Shown here: positions 10,969 through 23,599 of the stretch, piece after piece | How the letters are laid out: every line of letters begins with the position of its first letter | Numbering within the stretch: the stretch's first letter is position 1 | Assembly: GCA_002104905.1 (NCBI GenBank) | Contig: MCFE01000019.1 | Span: 124,001-188,000 of the forward strand | Source of the DNA: Basidiobolus meristosporus CBS 931.73 | Taxonomy: Eukaryota; Fungi; Basidiobolomycota | Reading direction: 5' to 3' | Length of the DNA: 64,000 nucleotides | Translations under genes and position numbers: made by a program | Notes under the pieces: generated by a model | Databases searched by the model: none | Told to the model about the DNA's origin: nothing | Seen by the model: the letters and a program-made list of their open reading frames with translations, nothing else

Positions 10969-13383
10969 ATGAGCACCTATCGCCAACCCTACTCTGACCA
11001 TCCGTTAGCTCATGACAGCCATGGGTATTCCCCGGAGAACCCATTTAACGATCCTCAAGGAAATGAGCATATAGAGGAGCTCTATAATGCAAACATAGCC
11101 CCTCCTCCAGGCTCCAGGCGGTATAGACAATACATTGAAGATCGCCGTAAGAGTATCCGGCACATTGAGCTAATTTCCGGTAATTTGGTGATCGAATGTC
11201 CCATTGCAGATAAAATCCTTGAGAGAGCGCCTAGCAAGGGAGAAGAGTTTGAAACAATGCGATACACCGCGGCAACTTGTGACCCAAATGATTTTCTGCA
11301 TAACAGATATACCTTGCGTCCAGCAATGTTTGGTCGCAGTACAGAGCTTTTTATCGTGATGACCATGTACAACGAGGATGAGCAACTTTTCGTCAAGACT
11401 TTTACCGGAGTCATAAAGAACATCCGGCACCTCTGTAACCGCTCCAAGTCGAAGGTGTGGGGTAATGAGGGGTGGAAGAAATGCGTTGTCTGCGTTGTGG
11501 CTGATGGTCGAACCAAAGTTCATCCAAGAGTTTTGAAGGTTTTAGGCGCCATGGGTGTTTATCAAGATGGCATTGCGCAGAGTACGGTCAATGGAAAGAA
11601 TGTTACTGCACATATCTATGAATATACCTCTCAGCTTTACCTTGACGGTGATATGAGGGTGCATTCCATCGCTGAGCAGGACTTCGTACCTATACAAATG
11701 GTCTTTTGCTTGAAGGAAAAAAACGCCAAGAAACTGAACTCGCATCGTTGGTTTTTCAACGCTTTTGCCCCACTTCTCAACCCCAACGTGTGTATTCTGC
11801 TAGATGTTGGAACCCGTCCTAGTGGTACTTCGATCTATCACCTGTGGAAAGCATTCGACAGGAATCCGAATGTAGGGGGCGCCTGCGGTGAAATCTGTGT
11901 TGAGTTGGGCTCTGGCTGCTCAAATCTTTGGAACCCTTTGGTTGCGGCCCAAAACTTCGAATACAAGATGAGCAATATTTTGGATAAACCATTGGAGAGT
12001 GTTTTTGGATACATCAGCGTGTTACCTGGAGCGTTCTCAGCCTATCGCTACGCTGCATTGAAAAACACCTCCCCTGGCGTTGGTCCACTTGCCTCATACT
12101 TTAAAGGGGAATCCATGCACGGCGCTGATGCCACAGGTGGTATCTTTGAAGCTAACATGTATCTCGCTGAGGATCGTATTCTCTGCTTTGAGCTGTGTGC
12201 CAAGAAAAACTGCAAATGGGTTCTCAAATACGTAAAATCAGCCAAGGCGGAGACTGACGTTCCAGATAATTGGCCCGAGTTTATTTCACAGAGACGGCGC
12301 TGGTTGAACGGATCTCAATTTGCTGCATTCTTTGCCACGGCACATTGGTTCCAGATCTGGAAAACAAACCACAGTCTCTACCGTAAAGCATTGTTCATGA
12401 TTCAATTCATCTATAATGTTGTCAACTTGTTCTTCTCGTGGTTCGCCCTTGGTAATTTCTACCTCACCTTTTATTTCATTGGCCAGGAGACGTCTTCCGA
12501 TGACCACGAAGGAGGCCCAGATCCCTTCTTTCACAAATCAAAATACGTCTACTCCATAGTGCGTGAGATTTTCCTACTGGGCATCATAGTGCAGTTCGTA
12601 CTATCGTTGGGAAATCGCCCGCAGGGGTCCAAGATCATCTACCTTCTCTGTGTATATTTGTTTGCCTTCGTAATGGCCATTATGCTATACACTATTGGCT
12701 TCAACCTAACAGTCTATTTCAGCGATCCCGATGTCTACAACAACCTATTGAAGCAGCCATTCACCAAAGAGACAGTCAACATTTTCATTGCTGTGGCCTC
12801 CACCTACGGACTATACTTTGTATCCTCGTTTCTTTACTTCGAGCCATGGCACATGTTCACCTCCTTTGTCCAGTACATGTTCATCTTCCCATCATATGTG
12901 TGCATCCTCATGGTGTACGCATTCTGTAATACACATGATGTATCTTGGGGCACCAAAGGTGACAACAATGCCTCCGCCAACCTTGGAACCGTTACATCCC
13001 TCACGAATAAGAAGGGTGTCGAGGTGGTCGCTGTGGAAGTCCCCACTGAAAAGCAAGACGTCAACGCATTGTATGCTGACCTATTATCCGATCTCCAGAT
13101 GAAGCCCGAGCCGGAGAAACAACAAACAGATGCTGCTACAAAACGGGAAGATTACTACCGGCTATTCCGTACACATACGGTGCTTATCTGGATGTTTAGC
13201 AACGTTGTTCTGATTTTGGCATTTCAATCCGATGTTGTCAACGGTTGGATCCGCAGCGTTGCTGGGGGCTATGTCAGCTCTAGGCCCTATCTGGATTTCA
13301 TCTTTTGGTCAATGGCTGGATTGTCAGCATTCAAATTTCTGGGCTGCGTGATATATTTGTACTTGAGGATCATGTTTGGTTGA
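10969..13383 (+). CDS. Chitin synthase, division 1 (class I/II-like), intronless
   Basis: 804-aa ORF with [57 protein letters not shown] and QRRRW motifs plus C-terminal TM helices. Confidence 0.97.
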   Translation: MSTYRQPYSDHPLAHDSHGYSPENPFNDPQGNEHIEELYNANIAPPPGSRRYRQYIEDRRKSIRHIELISGNLVIECPIADKILERAPSKGEEFETMRYTAATCDPNDFLHNRYTLRPAMFGRSTELFIVMTMYNEDEQLFVKTFTGVIKNIRHLCNRSKSKVWGNEGWKKCVVCVVADGRTKVHPRVLKVLGAMGVYQDGIAQSTVNGKNVTAHIYEYTSQLYLDGDMRVHSIAEQDFVPIQMVFCLKEKNAKKLNSHRWFFNAFAPLLNPNVCILLDVGTRPSGTSIYHLWKAFDRNPNVGGACGEICVELGSGCSNLWNPLVAAQNFEYKMSNILDKPLESVFGYISVLPGAFSAYRYAALKNTSPGVGPLASYFKGESMHGADATGGIFEANMYLAEDRILCFELCAKKNCKWVLKYVKSAKAETDVPDNWPEFISQRRRWLNGSQFAAFFATAHWFQIWKTNHSLYRKALFMIQFIYNVVNLFFSWFALGNFYLTFYFIGQETSSDDHEGGPDPFFHKSKYVYSIVREIFLLGIIVQFVLSLGNRPQGSKIIYLLCVYLFAFVMAIMLYTIGFNLTVYFSDPDVYNNLLKQPFTKETVNIFIAVASTYGLYFVSSFLYFEPWHMFTSFVQYMFIFPSYVCILMVYAFCNTHDVSWGTKGDNNASANLGTVTSLTNKKGVEVVAVEVPTEKQDVNALYADLLSDLQMKPEPEKQQTDAATKREDYYRLFRTHTVLIWMFSNVVLILAFQSDVVNGWIRSVAGGYVSSRPYLDFIFWSMAGLSAFKFLGCVIYLYLRIMFG

Positions 13384-13915
13384 TATTGCTCCAGAGCTTT
13401 GTAATTAATGCAATGTCTAGGACTCACACATGCCTGATTGATTTGGCGTATCTTGTTACTCGCAGGACAACTTCGTTTGCTGGATTCATCAAGTTGGATA
13501 AAATACAGGGATTGCCTATAGGATAAAGATAGCTTACGATTGGCTATCGTGAAATCTACCAACCATAACCACAACATTCTCAAGAGAAATCAATTTAAAC
13601 ACTGACAAGGATCTCTAAACGTCAGTGAACTCCCTTAGAGCGGGGCATTTTTGACGTGTAAATTTGATTACCAGTCCAGCAATGGATGTTGATCCGATTT
13701 TTGACGGGAAGTTTCACTAGCTCTCCACACCAAAAAATTCCACTTCCCAAGGGATTTATTTCAAAGAAAAAAGGCCTGAAAGGAGATGTAACTGGGATGC
13801 TCCGAAAAAGAAAAGCACCGTGATTCTTTAAAGATGCAAATGGTCGGTTCAATTCGAAAAAAGAACGCAGAAACGTTGGTTGGTGAATGGTATAAATGGT
13901 TCGGACGTAAACCGC

Positions 13916-14238
13916 TTAGTGGGACAGATATTTGCGTCCCTTGAGCTTTCTCCGGTTGAGGATCCTACGTCCGGACTTGGTGCGGATTCTTGCCAAGAAA
14001 CCGTGGCGTCTTTTGCGAACTAGATTACTGGGCTGGTACTCGTTACCATAAGTGACGCATCGAACCTGCTCCATTCCGTTAAGACGGAGTCCCAAAGGAA
14101 TGCTAAAATGAGACATACGATTTAGCATATGAACCCAGGGTGCAGGTAGGTAGGCCACGATTTGACTTACTTGAGGGCATTGGAAGGTCCAGCAAAACGA
14201 CTATTTTGTAAGAGGGAAGGTTTAGTTATGCGTGGCAT
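13916..14238 (-). CDS. MRPL34: Mitochondrial ribosomal protein bL34m, one intron
   Basis: C-terminal [44 protein letters not shown] is the L34 signature. Leader exon [10 protein letters not shown]... is joined by a GTAAGT...TTTAG intron. Confidence 0.9.
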
Positions 14239-15298
14239 GTGTTTGATAGAAAGTTCATGAGTATTGTGACTAAAATTACCTGGCGAAATGGCCAGCTAAC
14301 GACTGAACCCCAGTGACATTTCTCAACGTAGGTTGACGAATGCTAGTCAACAAGCTGAAAGGTCTGGTAAGTAATTGAAACATGCTGGAGCGCCAAGAAG
14401 TTTGTTAATGCAGACTATTCAAGCTCAAGTTAAAGGCCCTTTTCGTCCTACAAAACCAGCAAGATTTTTGAATTTCAACTCTGGGGTCGGTCATCAAACA
14501 TACAAATTTTCATTTCCCAAAATGATCAATTCTGGTTGGTTTGAGGGTGAATATAATTAATCAAGATATGCTCGAATAAACAAATAAATGAGGCAACTGG
14601 TTTACCTTGGAGACAGTGGAGATAAGTGCCATCCAAAATGCCAACTTACAAATGCATTCACGTAAGATGTTTGTATCGTTTTGGCATCTCATCTGGTGAT
14701 GGGTGGGTGAGTGTTCGCGAGGAGGAAAACCAATTTCTACGGAGTCTCTATGGGTGTGATTTACATTGGCCTAATTATCAAATCGAGATATGCATTGTAT
14801 TCTTCTAGAAATATCGCACCAGGATCGTATTTGCATTGAGCATAAGCAGTGTATGGTTTGAAGATCATTTTTCCAATTTACATATAGGGCTCTATTCTAC
14901 CCTCGTGGTAAAGGACTCGACTTGTGCTTATCGATAAGGTACTTTGGGAAAGGTGCCCAAGTCAATTGGCTTTCGCCCGACCAATGGAGCTCGAACCTTG
15001 TCCAATTTCTGCCGTCGCCAGTAGGCCCCCATACTCTTCTCCCAAATACAGTTAACCAGGTAAGATGGCAGAAGGCCGTGCATGCTTTGCTACTTCGATT
15101 GGTTGTGCGCGGCTACAACCTGCTGGTATGAAGACCAAAAGATACATGGCCACAAGGTGAAGGAATATTAATAATTAACTTTTACTTGACAATAAATATA
15201 TTAACAGTGAAGGGAGGGAAAGAATACAATAGAATAGATGCTTTGAGTTGATTGATGAATACAGTAGATGAAGAGGGAAATGCAACCTGGCTCCCTTG

Positions 15299-16159
15299 CT
15301 AATATAGTCTCTGCAGAGGCCAAACATCATTCTTCGAATTGATTGCTCCAACCAATATCGGAAAATCGTAGATGGATGAGCAATTGCCCAGCTTCCATGA
15401 GTCTATTCGGAGGCGGGTGGGATATTGCTTGCTGGTATGACAGATATTTCTGTCCACGGATTTTAACTTGCCAGTAGGTCGTCCATGGCCCTTCCCTTTA
15501 CTCTGCGGTACGGTCAAGGCTCTCTGGACTTCGGTCAACAGCTCTGCGCACCAAAACTCGTACTGTTCTTTTGACACGTGAAGTCTATATTGGATACAGC
15601 ATAGAAACTCCAATTCCAAATCATTTACTTGTGACAGAGTGGAGTTCGTGTAACGAGCCCAATCCATATTCAATGCGCTGATCTCCTGGTGATATTTAGC
15701 GGCAACTATCAACGCACCCAGAAACGTGTTTTTGGCGAAGTACAAGCGGTCGCTGGAATCGGTCTCCAATGTGGCCAGTTCGTCGAATCTCTCCTCACCA
15801 AATAGCGGAGCGGCTAACCCCATTTCTACTAGACAGTCATCACCATGGAGCTCGTGTTGTCGACCGAAAACATTATTCTCGATAATTCTACGTATTCTGT
15901 ACAGGTAGTAGAGAGAAATCATCACTGTAGAATGAAGCACCCGGGAGGTTTTCACTATCTCTCGGACGAATCCTCGAAATATCAGTCTTTTCGTCCGGGA
16001 AACAGCACCGAACGGGTGCCATACTCTATCGATCACGTATTCAACGGTGTCTATGTAGGGTTATTTCAATTATCTCGAAATACGATAGAAGCTGGGCAGG
16101 AAGGCTCACTTACCAACAAGAGATTCTAGTTCTCCATCGGCCACGCCAATGTAATGCAT
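15299..16159 (-). CDS. Pho80/Pcl5/Clg1-like cyclin, one intron near the 5' end
   Basis: FVREIVKTSRV..STVMISLYYLYRIR, FLGALIVAAKY, QVNDLELEFLCCIQYRLHV form a cyclin N fold. Upstream exon MHYIGVADGELESLV joins in frame via GTAAGT...CATAG. Confidence 0.8.
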
Positions 16160-17735
16160 ATCAGAGAGGGGCGTTATAACAGTGAAGGGATATGGGAGGT
16201 AACAAGAAAAATGTATTTGTGAAGTGTTGGTGCTCAGCGGTCGAGACGGTTGGGCCAGTTTTATAGCTTATCGATACGTCGGAGGGTAGGCAAGCTGTAT
16301 AAATAAAGGTAAGACTTGCAAAATGCAATTCAGATAGCTTTCTCAAAAAGTCCAGCGCTGACCGGTTTTAATTTAAATCGACTCAAGGTGATCGAACCTA
16401 GTTAGTAGAGGGCTGACCATGTGACACGATTTCAAACATTTCAAGTATAATTCGTGGCCCAGATCGGTGCATCGAGCCGTTTCCAATCCAACAATCTGAC
16501 CAATTTTACTGCCAGGAATTTCCATTTCAATATTACATTCGCCTTCAACCGATCGCTCCTATTCCTTACGATTTATAGACAATATCGACAAGATGGAATT
16601 GTACGAGTTGAGGGATAGGCTTAGCCGAACAATCCCACGGCCCATTGCCGCTCGTCACTTTGCCGGGATTTGTGTTTCGTAGTGATTACACAGCGGTTTT
16701 CATGAAACGAACGTTTCAGCAGTCAATGGTGCCCTGAATTCATCATAAACCCATTAGTCGGCAACAATGTTGCCACGTAAGTCCATGCATACTTTGACGT
16801 AGCGATCATGACAGTAGCCGGGATGTTTAAGTACATACCCAGGTGAAGTGGAGACGGCATAGTGAGATCCTCTCAGTCAGACAATCGCATACTAGGCCTC
16901 AGTATCCGATGTCCAGCAAAGCTGAGTCCATACCTCAGTCCAAGAAGTTTCTATGGGGGAAGCCTCTTGCCAAGTGAACTGCCGCCAACTGAGGCAGAAT
17001 ATTAATGTATTATATATATAAATATGTTAATGTAATATATACACAATTGATCCGCATTTGTATTTGAGTTTGGGATCTTGTATATAAGCATATATATATG
17101 TGTGTGTTTTACACCCAGTTCCCTTAATTGGAGTGGCTGAATACATCTGATATCACTTGGACGACTGCATTGCATTCGAAACAGATACCTCTCACCGCGC
17201 CATGCCATATTGTGGAAACAACTAAATTTAGTTGTCGAACGGATGATTACTGTTACTCGAAATGTTAACGAAAGACTTCGTACGCTACTAGATCCAACTG
17301 GCAAGCACTCATAACATGTGGTTGCAGCAAAGTCGGTGTTGGATTCTTGCATAGATGGGTGAAGCTGTGCTGCCAACTCTGGTTCAATGCTAAAGTCCCT
17401 AAGGATGCAATGGGTGGGGTTTAATGAATGGTCACTCGTTGGTTAATATGCAAGCTTGGTATCTCTTGTATGGGCATTAGTACTGGTCATTTGCACTGCC
17501 CGGCGTAGACTACGTGCTTAATGGGTACGGTTTCCCTGTCACAAGAGTCCAGAGGTTATTGTCCGGCTCCATCGTCGGAGCCCTGTATCAATGGGCTGAA
17601 TTCCAATTCCTAAATATATACTGGGGACTCGGAGCTCACTTTATATAGTTCAAGAATTTATTTCATAGACAGGGAAAATTTCGGCAACCTATAAAGACAG
17701 GATACACGAAAATAACTGAAATATCGCAGGAATAA

Positions 17736-18453
17736 TTAACGGTTGCCTAAGGGAGAAATCAGGTCAGCACATGTGTACACATAGAAAGTACGCTAGAAAC
17801 ACTTACTCTTGGCGACACGCTCCAATTCGTCCTTCTTCTTGATGGCGTAACTGTTAGAGGAGCCCTTAGCAGCGTTGATGAGCTCATCAGCCAAGCATTC
17901 AGCAATGGTCTTGACATTTCTGAAAGCAGATTCACGGGTACCAGTGGTCAAAAGGTGAATGGCTTGGTTGACTCTTCTCAAAGGAGAAACATCGACAGCC
18001 TGTCTACGGACAGTGCCGGAGCTACCGATACGGGTAGAGTCTTCACGGGGTCCGGAGTTGATGATGGCATCAATGAGGACTTGAAGAGGGTTTTGATCGG
18101 TAAGAAGGTTGATGATCTCAAAAGCGTGCTTGACGATACGGACAGCCATGAGCTTCTTTCCGTTGTTACGTCCGTGCATCATGAGGGAGTTGGTAAGACG
18201 TTCAACAATAGGGCACTACAGAGCACAAAAGGTTAGCAGACTGAACCCAGTGGAGGATATCCAGATCCCATACTTGAGCCTTTCTGAACTTCTTGGTGGC
18301 ATATCTACCAGCGGTGTGGGGCAAGTAGACGGGAGCTCTGATTTGGAGATAGTCGGTCAAGGAGATGTCCTTGATTTCGAGATCTTCATAAGACCACTTG
18401 TTGAAAAGCTGGATGCCTTGAGCCTCGGTGGTGATTTCAGCAGGAAGAGCCAT
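17736..18453 (-). CDS. RPS5: 40S ribosomal protein S5 (uS7), two coding introns
   Basis: [20 protein letters not shown]...[16 protein letters not shown] | [35 protein letters not shown]...DELERVAKS|NR*. Confidence 0.97.
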
Positions 18454-18934
18454 GTTCTGTTTCCCCTAAAAAGGTAAACACCCATTAGTGCATATTCGAG
18501 GATGGATGGAAGCGAGAGTGAGCGGATATCGCTACACAAGGCGACTAGCAATAACGCAACTGACCGTAGTACTGAAGGAATAACAACCGACAGAAAAGAC
18601 CGTTCACCTTTCGCCTGACAGTGAATTTTGTTCATTTCGAACGCACCTTACAACCAATCACATTGGATCAAATCAGCAGACAAATTCTCGAGGATCAACG
18701 GAGCCGAGTGCGGAAATGAGGATTGCCATATTTTTTCGTCGGAATCTGGTTGGGATATCTTCGTATAACGGGGACTACTATTTGTGAATTAGGAGAGGGT
18801 TGGTGATGAGGTTGAACCAAAGATATCGTTTGGTAATATATCGGATTGATTTCTTCAAGCACCCAACTTTCTAGTCCTTCTAATATCCAACTTCAAGTGG
18901 GCTCACATTTCACTGTACACATTCACTCATAGTG

Positions 18935-20226
18935 ATGGTAAGTTGATTCAGTATATTGCCAGAAAGAGTCAACCATACGGCAAGTTTCAAGTCTCATCTT
19001 TGGCGGCGTAGAATTTTACCAGAAGAGCGCAACTAAATGAGAAGATAAAAACCTTCGTTGGGTTCACTAGTGCAAGGTAATGCAAAGGTACACCTAGGCT
19101 CAAATCCTCTCCAACGTATTTATATTGCTTTGGGAAAATGGGTACTTGTAGTGAGAAGGTTGCCCGTGAAACTCTCGAAGCTTATAATTGGAATGTTCAA
19201 CATGCGGTCGACGGGTATTTCAACGACACAATGTCTGACCAAGATAATGGGGTTCATGCAATTCCTATCAATTATCAAGAGCTCAGCAGTATATTTGAAA
19301 ATTACAAAGGTGAGTTGCTTATCTGAGAAGAGACTAGAGGTTGCACAAACCAACACACTAACTTCCTGTGAACAATCATGATCCTAAAGATCCTGACGAG
19401 GACGCTATCTTAGTCGAAGGAACAGAAAGGCTATGTAATGATCTTGAGGTGGACCCCACTGACGTCGTCATGTTGGTAGTAGCTTGGCACCTAAATGCAG
19501 AACGGATGTGCGAATTTAAAAGAAAGGGGTTTGTTGACGGGTGGGCTGCTTTAGGGTAAGCATGGCTGTATCTCTTGGTGGTGGACATCGATTAATGCGC
19601 AATGATCTAGATGCGACAGTTTAGATAAGATGAAGGGTGTACTTCCTGCATTGCGTGAGGAATTGAACGATGAAAAGATGTTCAAGCAAATCTATCAGTT
19701 CACCTTTAAATTCAGTAGAAGTGAGAATCAGAAAAGCCTGCGTATGAACTGTATTTGATTGTGCCTAGATAAGCCTCAACTGTTCTAACGTTCAAGTGAT
19801 TTGCAGCTCTTGATATCGCTATACTGTTGTGGCAGCTTCTTCTCGAAGGCCGATACACCCATCTTGACGTATGGATCAAGTTTTTACAGGAAAAACATGG
19901 GAAAGCCATATCAAAGGACACATGGAATCTGGTTCGTATCAAGATCAGGCTATCTGACCTAAGAGCATACTAATAACACCAACGATTGTAGTTTTTGGAT
20001 TTCACTAAAAGCTGCCCGAACGACTTCAGCGGCCATGACACTGAAGGTTAGGATACCCTATAATCATGCAGCTCTTGTCTATACTAATGCTTCTGGTATG
20101 CAGGTGCCTGGCCAGTTCTTATCGATGAAGTAAGTCTAGTCTCGTTCAGCAGTGCAATCTATTCAGACTCTCATCTTCATCTTCATTCAGTTTGTGGAGT
20201 ATGCCATAGAGCAGCAAGGAGCATGA
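18935..20226 (+). CDS. DCN1: Dcn1 NEDD8 E3 / defective-in-cullin-neddylation protein (UBA-like + PONY domain), many introns
   Basis: Exons: LEAYNWNVQHAVDGYF; ILVEGTERLCNDLEVDPTDVVMLVVAWHLNAERMCEF; FKQIYQFTFKF; WIKFLQEKHGKAISKDTWNL; AWPVLIDE|FVEY. Confidence 0.92.
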
Positions 20227-20660
20227 GTTTCGTCGAGGATGAGGCTCGTGCATGAATCCGATCGGACATGGGGCATAATAAATTCGGATTCTCGTACATA
20301 TTGCAATCCACCGCCACCTGACGTGGACACAAGAAATTTGAGAAATAAAGGAATTCCGTTTATTTCTAAAGTGATTTTGGAATAACTAATAGAAAAGAAT
20401 CGATGGAAACTCGTAACGACCAAATGTGAATATATACAGGAAGAGGAAGGATCGCATGCCAACAATGCTCCATAATGTTAATATCTTACAATCTGGCTTT
20501 CCCTCACGACGTAATTCTCGGATGCACCGTACCACCAGGTCCGATTCGAAGGAGATATTTGCCATCAACCATGGTAGAATGTAACTGTACACCCCTTACG
20601 GATCCAGTCCGATTATGTTCCTGGGTAATGAAGATGGAATCTATGATGGGAGCGTTTGGT

Positions 20661-22854
20661 CTAGGACACATAGTCTGTATCTATTACGTCTATAAATAAA
20701 TGGCTTAGACACTGGCTCGGACAGGAATCCGTCAACAATGATTGGTTTACCTCCGAATACAGTGTCCATATTGAAAGGATCAGCAGGCCATTCGACATTT
20801 TCAGAGATAGCGCTCGGTAGCATTGAAAAGTCTGTCCGGGGATCTGTGAAGGAGAAAAATTGATTCGGATCTTCACTGTTGAAGTCGTAAAGACTTTGAG
20901 GATCTTCGCTATGGGGAATAGAAAAGTTGGGCGCACTGAATGCCGAAGGATACGTCAGCTGGGTGCCTGGTGACGAGACCGACGAAAACAACGTACCTGG
21001 CTATCACTGGGGTCTCGTACATTTGGTGGCTAGAGAGTGGATCGTCTGACTGAGGTATATCGGAAAATGGATCTGACATGAACTCGGTAGCCTGTGGAAA
21101 GTGGGTGAGCTCCAGGTAAGCTGCTGCTTAGAGGGTGTTCGCTTACCAAGGAGTTGAAGTTGTACATTGGATTGGCCTGGCTTACTCGGTTGTATACACT
21201 CTGAGGCTTGGAAATAAATTGCTATAATAACAATGCATTGTTGGTAATTGTAACCATCTATAATGACACCGTAACGAATACATACTCGGTAAGTGTCATC
21301 GTACTCTAGGCATGGCTCTGATATGAACCCATTAACATCACTGGACAGAACATCCGCGCCATCAAATGGCGGGACATCTGAAAATAGCATGTACATGTCG
21401 TCGTCATTCTCGAATAGAAGGGACTGCAACTGCCCGGTTCCTGGGTTTACAGAAGCACTGTCCGTATTATCAAATGCCGGCAGCTCACCATCCGAATCAA
21501 ACGGATCGGTGGCTAGTTCCCCGTGCGACGATTGGAGCGAGTCTTGGTATAAATCCTGGGGCTCCTCGTACGGAAGATCCTCGGTTGGTATGTCAGATGG
21601 AAGCAGGTACGGCGCAAATGTTGGCATGGATGCAGATTTCTTGGATATCTGATTGAGATTGGTAACGTTTTGGCCCTTTACTCCAGATGTACACTTGGGA
21701 CAGAAGTATTTCTCCGGTAAATCATCTTCAGCAATGCCTAGACAGCCAAGATGAAGCCAGTTGCGGCACAGGTCACAAAAGATCATGGTACCAATGTCGG
21801 AGCGGTCACGCCCGCAAATGCAGTCCACAATATCGTCGGTCTTTCGAGAACATCTGTGGTTTTTGTAACCGCGGGAGGTTTTGTACTTCTTCTGGCATTT
21901 TGAACAACTAAATGGAACGACCGATGCTTCCGAAGAGAATGATGCCCTACTCTTGTGATGCGACGCCCGGATTTTCTCATTATGTCTTCCCACCCGGAAC
22001 TTCGATATGCCGAACTGAGGAATATGCTGTCTTTCATTGAGTGAAAAGGTTTCACGAGCAGCAAAAGTGCTTGAGATCTTATGGAAATTCTCGCTACTCC
22101 CGATGACGAGCGAGCTGCGGGAAATTATCATGCGTGGAGAGCCGGCAACCGTGACCCTGCGGTGACTGAGAGGTGACCTTTTCGCCACCGGCTTATAACT
22201 TGTTTTGATTCTCTTGAATGCGTCCATTAGGGTAAACCGAAGCCCATTGATTGGGCTTAGCACCTTTGTTTTTTCACTATTTGGTGAGGGTGTCTGTGAG
22301 GGCACCGTGATGGGTGATGTTTCTGAAGACGGAATTCCCGAAGTCACATTTGCTGGACGTTGTGGGAGAATCTTGTTCATGGATACATGGGTTATGCTGC
22401 AATTCTGGTCCCGCATCTGCGTATTCTCACTCTCGGTAGCCAGAGCAAATTCAAGACTACTGGCAGAGCGATTCTTCTTCTCAGCAGGGAGGTCCTTGTA
22501 GCTCTGGGAGACCTGTCCATCATAAATCTGTCCTCTAGCGTCGGTAGTCAGCGAGCGCTTTCTGATGTTCCCTGGGGTAGGTATAGAAGGACATTTGGAA
22601 CCGCCATTCCCGGACAAAGCAGGCTTCAAAGGGGGCTTTGCTCTAGGGAGCGAAAAGGTGGATATTCTTTTGATGGTCTTGAACGGCGAGGTCACTGGAT
22701 CAACTTTGGGCATTTTTCTCTCCCTTGTGGCGGTGACTGGAAAAGTGTTCTGATAAAAGGTTTTCTCCCTCAGGTTTTCCTGATTTTCGACGCTGTTTGG
22801 TGAGAAGTCAATTCGATTAGTAACAGGCGACCGCGAGATGACGCAGATGAACAA
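20661..22854 (-). CDS. PHD-finger protein with a C2H2-like Zn motif and long disordered flanks; 5' end uncertain
   Basis: CSKCQKKYKTSRGYKNHRC followed by DCICGRDRSDIGTMIFCDLCRNWLHLGCLGIAEDDLPEKYFCPKC (C4HC3 PHD). Downstream exons end ...DVIDTDYVS* at 20661. Confidence 0.75.
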
Positions 22855-23599
22855 ACCTCAACGAGGAAAATGAGGAAAATGAGTAAGCATCAGTGAGCGG
22901 AGGCGTACTTGTGATGTCCATATATATTTGAAGCGACCCGACACAAGAGAAGAAATATCAAGGAATAACAAGCCAACTGCTAATACAAAATATGATAGAA
23001 AGGGTATAAAATGAACGAAACAGTGCCGAAATAAAATTTCACTGCTCAACTAGTTGTTGACAATGGAAGTTTGAGTAAACAAGAGAATGCCAACGTGGAT
23101 GTGACCGTTAGGACATCTGTTTTCCAATTTGTTTTTCTGATCTTGCATTCAGTTCTAATCCACAGCCTTCTGATTGGTGGGACCGATTATTTACATAACA
23201 AGTTGCCCCGGAATGATTCGATATCACACATACGTCAGGAATTGTGGATGAATTTCTACAAAAGCTATCCTGTCGATTAATCATGATGGTGACGAAATGG
23301 TGCTCCCACCAGCCAATCCTTGCATAAGGCATTCAAAATGGTCCAAATATTGTTTACATTTTATGAATCTGTTAGAATGCTGGTTACTTGGTTGTAAACG
23401 AGGTGGTTGAATTCTAAATAAGATCAAGGGAAGTAACAGACACAACATTATTGTCTCACTTTCAACTAAGCAATATATACAGAAAGCGATCAGATCATGT
23501 AAGGTCAGAAAGAAAATGAAATAAAGGTTTGCCCAGCGAAGGGGCATGTTAGGGAAATGTGAGTTCTCATAATCATGAATCACTGTAGTGTATAACTGT

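Noticed and set aside
14281-14345. TGGCGAAATGG A-box-like motif suggesting a tRNA
   Set aside because: No GTTCRA B-box or cloverleaf follows. I found no convincing tRNA or rRNA gene anywhere in the window.
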